Source: Mytilus edulis (Eukaryota). From it: a stretch of DNA of 64,000 bases. Within the stretch, counting starts at the first letter, position 1, and every line of letters starts with the position of its first letter. A program made the position numbers and the translations under genes. Of the stretch, positions 49,288-61,615 are shown piece by piece. A model generated the notes under the pieces. It made no database searches. It was given only the letters and a program-made list of their open reading frames with translations, and was not told the origin of the DNA. Location of the stretch: contig NC_092345.1 in NCBI RefSeq assembly GCF_963676685.1, forward strand, positions 75,950,001-76,014,000. The letters run 5' to 3'.

Positions 49288-49854
49288 ACACATTGTTGCA
49301 CCTCATGTTAGTGGTAAACCTTTTTTGCCGCAAGTTTATTGTTTTCTGTTTGGTAACAAATTAATATTAAGGTTCAAATGGACCCTTTGGCTAAAATGGC
49401 TGCATTTTGACCACAGTATTTTCTCTGAATACAGACAAACCTGTGCATCTGGAAAAAATTTAAGGCATATGCCCTCAAAAATAGAATCATGGCAGTCAGC
49501 AGGGCATAAGAACATCAGTTGTTCATCCTGCTAGTAAAATGCGTTTTGTTAAAATATACTTTTTCACTTTTTTGGTCTTTTGGAAAATGTTGTTTGTGCT
49601 GTATTTACACCCCTTTACAAAGAAATTTGTTTTTCATGCACACGTATAAAAAAAAAACGATTTTTATCCAACGCAATTATAGGTTTGAATGTTGTTTTCT
49701 ATTTAGACTTGTTTATATTTATTTCGTTTGGGCTTGTGTTATATTTTCTCCCGGTTTATATAATCCGGTGATCCTTATTCGACTCTTCAAAATTGAAGAA
49801 TCTATCCTAATTTTAGGTAAATAATATGTCCTTCAAATACCGTTTCGATCCCCA

Positions 49855-49898
49855 ACATCACTGAGGAGACATTAATTGTCAAAATCCGGATATGGTGT
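49855..49898 (+). ncRNA. Type I hammerhead ribozyme copy with G12->A core mutation (probably inactive)
   Basis: ACATCA-CTGAGGA-GACA-TTAAT-TGTC-AAAA-TCCGGA-TA-TGGTGT. AAAA replaces GAAA at 49881. Confidence 0.75.
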
Positions 49899-50223
49899 AA
49901 AAATATTTTAGCACCTTATGTTTGTGGTTTACCATCTTTGTCGCAAGTTTATTGTTTTCTGTTTGGTATTAAATTAATATAAAGATCCATTTTGTTACAT
50001 CTTTGTGTTTAATTTATTTGGCAATCGTTAATGGCAGTCATTAAGGTTTAAGATCATCAGTTGTCTGACCTGTTAGTCAAAAGAGTTTTGTTAAAATATA
50101 CCTTTTCACTCTTTTAAATTTTTTTGAAAATGTTGTTTGTGCTGTATTTTGCCCAATCTACAACGAAGTTTGTTTTACATGCAAGAAATAAATATAATTA
50201 AATGCCATGTAGTTTTTTTTCAG

Positions 50224-51181
50224 ATTTAAAGCATGGCTGTGCATATTTGCCATACTTCTTGCAATTTTGGTGTTGAGAAGATGTTGGACTGGAGAAAAAT
50301 TTTACGTTTTCCAGTTTTCGTTCCCATTAAACAATGTAATCGACGTAGTTCACGAAATTGAGACAACTGGCCGGACTACAGAAAAGCCTTTGAACAATAT
50401 TACACTACATTATGTCATAAATAAAGATCCGTCCATCAAGTTTTGTAGCAAGGGAGTATGTGATAGTTTTGATATGGTTTTTATTGTAAAGTCATTTGTG
50501 GGAAATTTTGACCAGAGGATCGCCATTCGAAACACTTGGGGAGCACAGATACATCTGCGTATAAAAACGATGTTCGTTTTAGGATATGTAGATAGGTTAC
50601 ATCCGCTCCTTGATTTTGAAAATGAAGAATATGGCGATATTCTCCAGTTTGGTTTCGCTGACACATACGATAATCTAGTGTATAAAACGATTATTTCTAT
50701 TGATTGGTTAGTGAAACGTAATATAAATACAAAGTATGTACATTTTTTAGATGATGATCGTTTAGTTAATACCAGACGTTTACATCAATTTGCTGTTGAT
50801 AGTCTTGGTGTTACAGAAAATAAAATCGTTGGCCACAGATTAAGATTTAAACAACCGCATCGAACAAAATCTTCGAAATATTTTACGACCTTAGAAGAAT
50901 ATCCTTTTGATTTTTGGCCGCCATATATACATGGAGGAACCACACTAACGAATATGAAAGTAGTGAAAAGGCTTGCTTATGCCATACCTTTTACAAAAAT
51001 TATCAGAATGGAAGACTGTTTCATAGGAATACTTGCAAAGCTACTTAAGATTAACGTTTTACATAACAGTGAATTTATGCAGTTTTATACATCCGGTTTT
51101 GATATGAAAGATAAATTATCCAGTCAAGGCTATAAATCTTATCATTTGATAATTGACGGTTGGAAACAACTACAAAACTAA
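50224..51181 (+). CDS. GT31 family beta-1,3-glycosyltransferase, brainiac-like; main coding exon (start codon on an unidentified upstream exon)
   Basis: Acceptor TTTTTTTTCAG at 50223. N-terminal TM segment FKAWLCIFAILLAILVL; motifs FIVKSFVGNFDQRIAIRNTWG, EEYGDILQFGFADTYDNLVYKT, FLDDD (DxD), SKYFTTLEEYPFDFWPPYIHGG and MEDCFIGILA. Stop at 51181. Confidence 0.88.
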
Positions 51182-51339
51182 AGTAAAGACACATAATTTA
51201 CATACATCTATTTTGAAATAATACAATGTATCATGAATACCAATTTTAATCAAATTTGGTAATGGAAATTGTCCAGTTAATATAATTGTACATAACATAC
51301 TTTACATATAACTCCGAAAGTCGAGTTTAATTAAATTTT

Positions 51340-54300
51340 CTATTTTTCCTTGTATCCATCCACAAGACTCTCATTTTTACATGGGTTGATAAAGTCTTTA
51401 CCGGACATATCTGTGAAATTAGTACATTCTTTAATGGCTGAATTCGGCACCTGTAATAAACACATACTAAATAGCAGTCAATTCTATTGTCTTTCGTTTG
51501 AAATGGACGCACGAAATTTTGACAGATGTTAAAGTAGGTAATAAATTTGTTCTGAGAGTTTGAGTGAATTCAACGTGAATGAACTTGGCTGTCAAAGTTT
51601 TTTTGATAACAATAAACCTTAAGCAGTGAATATGAAAAACAACAACACTCTTTTAAAAACAAGGAGACGTGATATGATTGCCGATGCTTAAACAGTCCAG
51701 TAGAGTTTTATAAATAGGGTATATAAGCCAACGTACGGGTTTCAACAATAAGAAACAATCATACCGGCTATTAAAATGCGAAACGATTCAAACGAGAAAA
51801 CTAACGGCATTTTTAAAAATAATCAAAATTGTACCTTTGAACATGGGTATACTTTTGTATTTTGTACTTGCTATCACCTCGTCGCATCATTTATTTGAAA
51901 TTATAAATTGATTGTCAAAAAGTATATATACTAGTACCTTCTGTAGAGGAGTGTATCTTGGATGATGATGTTCAATGACTGGATTATTTGATACTTTGTT
52001 ATACGCCATTAGATATGCCCATCGTCTCTTGTTACTTCGATTGGCACTACTGTGGTGCAGGACATTCGAGTGAAAAAATATGGCGTCTCCTTTAATAAAA
52101 ACACAGGACGAAGCATATTGATATGATTGGAAATATCACTATCATCATACTTGATTAAATGAGTATTTTATAATTCTAAGACGAAACTGATTGTGGCTAA
52201 TTGTACAATTGTAATTGCACGGATTCGATAGAAAAGAAAACTTATAAAATTTGAAAAAGAAGAAAATCAAACTGAAGGTATACTGTGTTCAGATAAGTAA
52301 AATGTGAAAAAATTATAAGAAAAACACAGAAAAAGATTAACATCTTTGTTAATATAAAAAAAAAACGTGCTGCGGGTTTCGATAGTGTAAAACAATGATT
52401 ATCGTTGTCTTTCGTCTGCGAAGTTAACAATGAAATACCAGTTGTCTCACTTTTGTTTGACGCATATCCCGAATTTATATCCTGAACTATCATTAGTTCA
52501 TTTCTTTACATTGAATAATGCTTTTTCCAAAATAAATATCTGAAAACTAATTCAGATGTGCCAAATAATTTCAATTCTTCTTATACTTTGTTATACGAAA
52601 GTATAATGATACATTGTTAATAACTCGCTGGATGCGATCGTCCAATAAAATTCTTTTTTATCCTTTCTTGATTATATATATTGAGTGTCAGATAGGAAAT
52701 TGTAAACGAAGGGTTTACTATTGAAACATTACTACTAACCCGGTTTAAGCTCAGCATAAATTAATGGACATTTTTCCTTAATAGCGTCAACACGTGTTTT
52801 ATCTGCCCCAAATTGACCATCAATTGGATTGTGCTCTATTCTTCCGCATTTGTGAGAACCAGGAAGAATCTTAAAAACATTTCCAATCTTATTGATGTTA
52901 GTTTCCATAATAAATTATAGTAATGACTTTAAATGCATCGTATATTTACATTAAAAAAACCTTTTAATGACATGTTTCTAAATTGACTGCTTTATGAGCA
53001 ATGTTATTTTCATGAATACAGGATTTATTTCCAAATATGGTTGACAATCATAATGATAAACAATGTCATATAATGTACAGTTTTTATAATCAAAATCGTA
53101 TAAAAGATTGATACAAGCAATCTTTACTTATTGTACCAAGTAAACATTACAAAACGTACTGTATTGTTTTATTATTCAACTCACATAACTGCAAAAAAAG
53201 AGAGTTCAGACAATCATTAAGTTTGAAATTATTTACTATCATTATAAACAAATTTCATTTAACTTATTGGCTTTTTTATGTACTTTTTGTTTATCTTACA
53301 TTTCAGCTATTTCGGTTCCGATATATCCTTTGCATTGGAATATTTGGCTTACAGCGTTCCTGAAGGAGGAATAGCCAGAAAAGCTTGTAACCACATGACG
53401 ACCATGTTGTTAAAATCATGCTTTCCGTGTTTAATTTTGCTCAGAAAAAATTGTGTGGATTTCTAAATGTCAAATAATTCCTTTGTATCCTGTTTCATTT
53501 CTATTATTTTTTATAACTAAGGGTAGTTTCATTGTAACCCTCGTTATGCATGAATTGAGAAATGTAACAGACATTGATAAATGCGTACATATTTTCTACA
53601 TAATATGAAGCCAAGCCAACATGAAATGACCTTTTTATATGAAGTTATCAATCTCCCGCAAAAATCAATACAGTTAAATACAAAATATACCTCTAAACAG
53701 CCGTTTTCTTTCGTACACGGGTCTAAAGCAACAAACACCGTCATCATATCTGGATAAAGACATCCGTTATGATACCAATATCTATTTTAAAATAAGTGTG
53801 TTATTTATGATAAGGCAGCATCAGTTTAGCAATGTTCAAATCTCATATATCTATTTAGAATATTCTTGTATTTTTAAGGTAGCTCAATACAAAGATTTTT
53901 CATCCCCAATCAGACATCTTTAAACTGATGTAATTCCACTCATCTTTCTTTAAATTTTATAAATGAGGTACCAAAAGAAAGAAGAAGGATTAATCTTTCA
54001 AATTGTGATATCTTCATTATGACATAATTATTACATAATTAATTGTTATGTAATTAGTTGCCATTCTGTGAAGTCCATACTTGAGAATGAATTTAGCTTC
54101 TTTGTTCTTCAGGGCATCCAAATTTTTTTTATAGATTCTTGCACAACACAGTTTGACCTCCAAAACTGAATTACATCAGTTTAAAATTGTCTGATTGGGA
54201 GTGAAAAAAATCTTTGTATTGTGCTACCTTAAGTTAAGTCAAAACTTATATATTTCATAGATTCGGGATAAAAAAAAAATAACCTACAAATGTAATCAAT

Positions 54301-57300
54301 TAATGAACATAAAAAGATCATTGTACAACTTTTGGTTGCTGGAAAACAATGTTAAAGTGAATTCAGTTGCATTTCTTGTCACATAATGTACTGTCGATTA
54401 AACAATACTAAAATCGTTTTTATGAAAGTTCCAGATAGCCGTGAATTTTGGTGCAAAAAGTTAAACAAACATGGCAACTGTTTTAATTTGGAAAATAAGA
54501 GCGCATCAATTTTGAATAAACAATTCTAACACACAGGATCCAAACTAAAAAAACATCCATTGAATTAAAACATTGAAAGATTGCGAGCAAACGTCTGATG
54601 GGTAAATAGTTTGATTTCATCAGTGTGAACCTATAAAATTTTGGATAAAATAAATTGAATAATTTGAAAGGTTCAACTGTTTTGCCATTGTAAATCCCGA
54701 ACATTAGTCGAATTTCTGAATTAAGATATGATATTTTTCTTTGTAACAAAAGACTTACCCATAGTCTTGATGCCAGTAGTGTGGAGCAGCAACTTTAGCA
54801 TCTTTCAGCATAAACTTAGAATGGTAATGGTAAACATCACCACCTAAAAGCTGAATTAGAAATAAATAAATGAAGAATGTGTCTGAGGACACGATTGCCT
54901 CCATTTGTAATATTCCAAGTTTAGAAGGATATAAATGTTAAACGATACATGTATCATATTTCAAATTGCGTACTCTGTTTTCGTACTTTATTTGGCCTTT
55001 TTAACTTTTTTGGATTCGAGCGTCACTGATGAGTCTTTTGTAGACGAAACGCGCGTCTGGCGTATACTAAATTTAGTCCTGGTATCTATGATGAGTTTAT
55101 TTTGTTCTTGTTCTTATCATTTCGTATGAGTTTCATACAATTTGAATATTAAAAACTTCAGTTCAAATTCGGAAACAAAAACATTTGAAATATTCGAAGT
55201 TACAATGGAGCAGGAACGTCTATCTCTAGATCTGTCGCTATCAATGAATAAATATTATTAAACTAAACATAACTCTAGGTTAAGCCTCATCAACTACTAG
55301 CTCGCAAGGAAATAAGCTACACCATCTTTGGCAATACTCGATATTCTTAATATGATGGCTATTCATTGCAACAACTATGAAATGTTCCTGTATTAATGAA
55401 AGATTCCACATAAATGGGAGATTGTATTTTTTGAAATTGTAGGATATTTGATTCCGACTGGTTCAAAATTGTGACGGTAATGTCTTATAAAATCTAAAAT
55501 ATGATCAATGATTACACATAGTTACCAAATGATTTTTAAACGTTCTTCACATCATTACAGCATAAAATGATAGTCAATTTGTTTTGTTACTTTGTTATAA
55601 AAGCAGAACTTACCGCTTCACAAGTATTAACAACCTTATCTGACCTAGCAACCATACCAGTGACATCAGTGCCTGGCTGGTTCCATATAGTGCGGAAGGT
55701 TTTCATCTCTCCTTTCTCTAACTAATATATGAAATAGAATGTTTGTGTTTTTGGGTAAATCTATTTTCAAATCTGATGATTTCTCTACATATCTTAATGC
55801 ATACCGGACTTTGACTTTTAATTTTCTATCGTATTGTTTCTGTTATGTTGCTATGCCATTAATTTGTATCCCGCATGTCATTTATTCATATTTATAAAAT
55901 ACATCATAAGGAAAGAATTTGATAATCCGCAGCATGTCATCAATGTGTCTGACCATTCAAAGCCACAACAAGTGATGGTTGTCTTTGTTTTAAACTTTGT
56001 CTTTTAAAGAATTCGGATTTGATGACATATCTTTTGTTGTTTCTGTTAAATGTTTTAGCTTGAAATCTGATGTAATCCATTGTAGTATATTTCCTTTAGA
56101 TATTTGTCTGGTCTCATTGTCTTATTCGGGTATACTTCACGTCTCTTTCTTCACAATATTTAGTTAATACTGATCTGTAATTATGTTATTAATCTCTTTA
56201 CGTATGGTAATTTGGAATTAGTTTCTTGTGTGGTACTTTTAACAATCGAAGAAAAAAATCTTTGAAACTCAAATTGTCATCCAACACATTATGTCAGCAT
56301 TTGACAAAAGGATTTATTGAAAAAAATAATGTTAACTATCGCAAAAATATAATGATGCTTATAAATAAAGTAATATAAATCATCTTTAGTTCATAAAGGA
56401 GAAAAGCATTTATAAGAAAATGTCAGAATCAAATGATATGAAACGTTGTGTAAAATCAACAGATACACGATTAAAAAGTATGAAAATGTTTAATATCTTG
56501 TAACCAAAAAAAAACACTGTACAAATTGCATGCGTACGAAACGCAAGCTCTTTCATTTCATTTGAGTTGATAAATGTTTTCTCCATACGCAGAAGAAGTT
56601 GGTATATTGCTTCTAAGGTGAGGAAAAATTATAATTTCAAAATCGAAATCATCTCGTTTGTTTTAGATTCCGATTGTATATAATTTGTTTGCTCCTCGCT
56701 ATGTTGAAGACCCATTGGTGGACTTCCGGTGTATTTTTCAATCTTTGGTCGGGTTGTTGTCTCTTTGACACATTCCCCATTTCCATTCTCTATTTAACAT
56801 AGAAATAGAAAGATCACTATTCTGTTTGTTGAAATCATCCCTTTTGTCGTAAAGTTTTGATCCCAATCGACTCTCATCGTCAATTTCTTGATTGAAGTCA
56901 AGATATGAGGCAGATTCAACTGTATCCGTGGCTTCCTTTATTCAAAGTCCTATGGGATATATATGTTCAATTAAGTCATCAAACTTTTAATCATTTAGTG
57001 AGAGGACATCAACTAAATAGTGGAACGTGGAGTTAAAGAATAATGTAAGCTCATGAAGCAGCAAGAGTAAACGTGTACTTCTTCAATTTTGACCCTAACC
57101 TGAATAGATCTCACCTTCAGTCATCAAGGCAAGCATATATTATGTCTTGCTTTATTACTTTTCTCATTTTGTTTTAAAACTTAAAACAGAATAATAATCT
57201 CAAGTTTAAAATATGAATGATTTACGTAATACTTACCGTGAATAATTCTTTAGTAAAATCGTCATTTCCAGTAATGCACTTCAGTATCATATTAACTTCC

Positions 57301-58698
57301 TCTTGGTCCAATAAAGATCTGTACAAATAAAGCAATACAACACAGTAACATTCAAAACATGTTTCAGCTGAACGTTACTCTTATAGATACCAATTAAAAA
57401 AGACTTTTGAACATAAAGTTGCAAGTCAAAAATAGATTGTATCATACTATTCCTTTTTTCTTTGTTTGTCGATATTTCAGGCTGCCGCTATCATGTGTGA
57501 TGATTTAGCATTTTCTGGTTTCTTCACATTTTAAAAACTATTCACTCCGGTTATAGGAAAATAAGATGTGATATAACTGTAAATAAATCAACTATATCCA
57601 CCAGAGTTTAAATGTCGAGAATGAAAGCATATTACGTCATTTTAGGGCCTTCAACGATGAGAAAAAAATCATTTAGTATAGTCAGCTATAAAAAGCCCCG
57701 ACATGACGTGTTGAAGACCGTACCTAGACATTTTATGGTTTACTTTTATGAATTGTGACTTGGATGCATAGTTGTCTCATTGGCACTCATACCACATTTT
57801 ATATATCTATATGGTAAAACATGATAATTATTACTCCCAAGTTAAGTTCTATTAAAAATTTAAAAACAATCATTGGATATATTGCTAGTAAAACAGGCAA
57901 AAAGTGGATAGGTTTTTGTACAGGTTACTGCTGTTTCTTTATTTCTTATTAACTTTGTTTGGTTTTAAAATAATTAACCATGCACATATATGTGAAAAAA
58001 ATTACTTGACTAACATACCTAATAATAACTAATCCATGCTGCTGAAAGTCTGCAATCATATCGTTTGTCACGTTGAGATCATCTACGAATGTGTACTCTG
58101 AAATTCATATTAACTTGAAAAACAACATTACAATAAATATCAACATATTTTTTTTTTAACTAAGGCCAAAACGCATAAGAAAATTAACAGTAACATCCCA
58201 GTTTTATGCAGGGTTCGTGTTGTTCAGTCTTTAGCTTTCTATGTTGTGTTTTGTGTGTTTTGTGTACAGTTTGTCTTTTTGGTGATTTGTCAGTTTGTTT
58301 TCGACCTTCAAGATACCTTTCGCTTCTCAGTTACATTTTTATACAATTGTTACAACTTCTACATAGAAAAATGTCGTTACCAAGTCAGGAATATAACATT
58401 TGTTTTCCATTCGTTTGCTGTGTGTGAGCTTTTGATTTTGACATTTGCTTACATGGACTTTACGTTTTCCTCAGAGTTCGGTATTTTTGTTATTTTACTT
58501 TTCTATCAATAAATAAGTACAATAAGTACCAGAAACTAATTTTATTTTAAACAGCCCATGCTTTGCTCTCACTTTTTCTCATCGTTTATGAGTTTGACTG
58601 TCCCTCTGGTATATTTCGTCCCTCTTTTACGCTATTTTCATAAAAAAGAACTAAAATGTTTCGCTTCAAACGTACTACATACCTCCTAAAAGACTCAT
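51340..58698 (-). CDS. Phytanoyl-CoA dioxygenase (PhyH) family Fe(II)/2OG dioxygenase, proline-4-hydroxylase/EctD-like; 9 coding exons, 286 aa (paralog A)
   Basis: Exons 58698-58683, 58097-58019, 57318-57237, 55721-55614, 54850-54759, 53781-53691, 52869-52740, 52089-51938 and 51450-51340. All are GT-AG, phases are consistent, and the total is 861 nt. Motifs: [19 protein letters not shown] (HxD), [39 protein letters not shown]. Confidence 0.92.
53878..54228. mobile_element. TTAA-flanked MITE (Kolobok/piggyBac-type target)
   Basis: TTAA|GGTAGCTCAATACAAAGATTTTT...TTTAAACTGATGTAATTC is mirrored by GAATTACATCAGTTTAAA...ATCTTTGTATTGTGCTACC|TTAA. Confidence 0.8.
55020..55063 (+). ncRNA. Minimal type I hammerhead ribozyme (canonical core, palindromic loop 3)
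   Basis: Stem I GCGTCA/TGGCGT; CTGATGA (55026-55032); stem II GTCT-TTTGT-AGAC; GAAA; stem III AC-GCGC-GT; GTC triplet, with predicted cut after 55057. Confidence 0.88.
56815..57040 (-). mobile_element. Old Penelope-like (Naiad) RT fragment
   Basis: Similar to 37420-37630. Minus strand gives FHYLVDVLS...ASYLD...KLYDKRDDF. Confidence 0.6.
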
Positions 58699-59810
58699 AT
58701 TACTTTTCTAGTTACGTCTGCAAAAATATTATATGAATGTATTCATTATTATTCCTGCCTTGCTTATCATAAACTAGAGACCAAGTCAGTAATATAGGAG
58801 GCATTGATATATACAAAGGATAACACTTTTTTGGGGGGCTAAATGTGAACGATGTTATCTTTAAACTGTTTTGAAATACTAGCTGTTTTGTAATTAAATG
58901 TCTCCGAGTTCACTGTATCCATTTCATACGCAAATATATACAATGAATTTAAATGTAAAGTGTAAAGAACAAAACAAAAATAAACTGACAAACCAATCCG
59001 TTATCTTACATCCCTTACAAAACAAGTGATTTATAACAACAAAATCGACACGTATATATAAAGCTATTTGGAGGCTCGAACTTAAAGATATGGTAAACTC
59101 GTTACTTCACTGCTCCCATCTCAACCCAAATACTAATGAAGTAAAGCAAGTACGGATATTTTATTTTAAATTAGATGATAAATATTCCAAAACTCAACAT
59201 AAACATCAAATTCAAATCTGGACTACTTACCATGAATTTATCTCCAATTGTTTACTAATAAACTATAACTCGACAGCAAGTGTGATTAAACATAGATATA
59301 AAGTAAATTGATGACGAATAGGTCGCAAGGTGAATACTGATAATACCTCAGCTCCGAGACAAGTTATACTGCTTTTTTCCATGGTTGTATTTCTATTATG
59401 TCACGCCTGCTTTAACGACAACAATGGATAAGGTTCACTATGTGTTAACATTGACCCTAAGATTTTAATATTTTATTATCAGACCAAAAAATATCAAATT
59501 TCACCTTGAAATAGTTGTGAAAATATAACTATTTATACAAATAGCCTCTGTTTGGCAGATCTTATTAAAAACTGCAAATTGTCGACATTCCTATGGGAAC
59601 AAACTGTGCGCCTCTTCTTGCAGACCTCTTCTTATTTTTTTGAAGTCGTGAAGATTTTTGAAAACTAGAGTTCAAAGAAATCAGATCATTTATTTTTAAG
59701 AGATACGGCTTCCTCTGCCTCATTTTTAGACATATACCTACAATTTGACATAAGTGGTAATCTCAGTACCCCCATATATGACAAACGAAACGATTTCAAT
59801 TTTTAAATTT

Positions 59811-60385
59811 AGAGTAGGGGCATTAAGGCCTAGTTTTGGCCCAAGAAAATATAATGTTTGATAACCATTTCAAATTGGCACATAATGTTTAGAAATGCAT
59901 AGAGTCAAGAAACATAAATGAAAAACATAATTTTTATCTGATGACGTCACAATTACGTCATAATATGTACTGTTTTCACAAAAACGTTGAAAAATACAGA
60001 ATTTATGCAGTTTTCAGTCTTTATTTCCGTTGTGGAAACATCCAGCGCAGCCGAGAAACAACACAATAATTTAACAGAAGCTTTTTTATAACTTTTGGCA
60101 TAATCTCACCAAATATAAAGTTGTTTCTTGGGTGCGCACATACTTTTTCAATCGAAAATATACTTAAAATTGGATGAAAAATCAAGGAAAATCACGAATT
60201 TTAACAAAATATGCAAATTAGGTCATGATTTGTTACCATGGTAACTTGTTCGATGTCAAATTTGTTTTGATTTTCTTAGTACCTTATACCTAAGTCAAGT
60301 TTTCGGTTATTTAAGAATAAGTATGATCAATTTTAAATTTGCAGTAATTTTTGGGCCAAATAAGGGCCTTATTGCCCCTACTCCT
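59811..60385. mobile_element. MITE with GAGTAGGGGCA.TAAGGCC TIRs
   Basis: AGAGTAGGGGCATTAAGGCCTAGTTTTGGCCC at the left end and GGGCCAAATAAGGGCCTTATTGCCCCTACTCCT at the right end. A related terminus occurs at 414-430. Confidence 0.7.
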
Positions 60386-61573
60386 TTCCCCCACCTTAGC
60401 AGCAATCGACATTATTCACCTGCAAATGAGATATACGTTTCCCCAACTCATTTGGTTTGCATGAGCTTGCAACTGCTACTCAGGCTCTAGAAAACGTCAA
60501 CAGTGTCTTAGCAGAAAATTAAATGACACAAAACTCCCAGGGGTAGATAAAACATCGTCCTGTGTTTTTCTAAAAAAAAAGTGTTCATTGGAAGATACCA
60601 AGACGTTGTTTATGACAGTCTTTCCGTTTTGAATTTTCCCCAGAGTATTATTCTTATATTTCTTTCTTATTTTTTTCATTTTCGCAAATAACACATTTGG
60701 TCGTGAGTATAGAATCTACATACTAATGCTGTTTATAATCTCAAAACGTGTTAAAATGTTCTTTTCATCCGTCTTTTTAACCTTTACTGTCAAGTCCGTG
60801 TTTGGAAATATCCTACTTTGTACTTTCCGCCATTGTGTTATTGTGAAATGGCCATTTTTGGTAAACTTGTCTATCATTTTGGTTATCTCCTTTGTCTATA
60901 GCGTGTCTTATATCATTTTGTTTTTCATTGATTACATAGTTGTTTGTTTCATAGTGATTTAGACAATATTACAGTGTTGACTGCTGAACCCCAACCAAAA
61001 TTAACCTATTATGTATGGTTGATTTGCTTGCAAATTGTTTCCATATAATGGAATTATATGCGATTATCATACAAGTGGCTTAGTTAGATTTAAAATCTGG
61101 GTTAATCCAGCATTTCCTACATTAAGAAATGCCTGTACCACGCTGGCGCTGTGTTTGAGCGTTTGATTTGGCCTACAAGACTTTCCGTTTTGAATTTTTC
61201 TCAGAGTTCGGTATTTATTTTTGTTATTTCACCTTTTCCTTATCATAACTCCTCTATAATGCATTATTTGTGTTGCAACTTCTGTTTCGAACAAGTTTTC
61301 ACAAACAGCTTTTTCATACAGGTAATCCACTTACATTGTAAAACATGATGTGAATGAGGCGCAACTGCCAATATTTCAGAATCGATTGGCCACAATTCGT
61401 GAATCGGTATTAATGGAAATCTTGATGTGAAAAAAAACCAAAAAAAACCATTAAGAGTGTCTGCCGAAAAAGATCTAGAACAAAAAAGGAACACAAAAAA
61501 CTTTTTCGAAAAGAGTTAAAACGCTGTCAGCAATGTCATAAAAAATGGAAAACAACACGTTTAATAATTTATT

Positions 61574-61615
61574 GCGTCCGAAGCGCTTTTTTAGATATAC
61601 CTTCATCAGGAACGC
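61574..61615 (-). ncRNA. Degenerate type I hammerhead-like motif
   Basis: Minus strand GCGTTC-CTGATGA-AGGTATATCT-AAAAA-AGCGCT-TC-GGACGC. Stem I and a palindromic loop 3 are present, but GAAA appears mutated. Confidence 0.55.

Larger units (their letters stand above)
48790..50183 (+). mobile_element. Tandem ~530-610-bp repeat carrying hammerhead ribozymes (non-LTR retrozyme-like), about 2.4 units
   Basis: G(C/T)CGCAAGTTTATTGTTTTCTGTTTGGTA recurs at 48796, 49327 and 49940. Each complete unit ends with a hammerhead motif. Confidence 0.8.

Noticed and set aside
59347-59382. MEKSSITCLGAE as the first coding exon of the dioxygenase
   Set aside because: It ends in phase 0 while exon 58097 needs phase 1. 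The 58698-58683 exon (MSLLG-E) fits.
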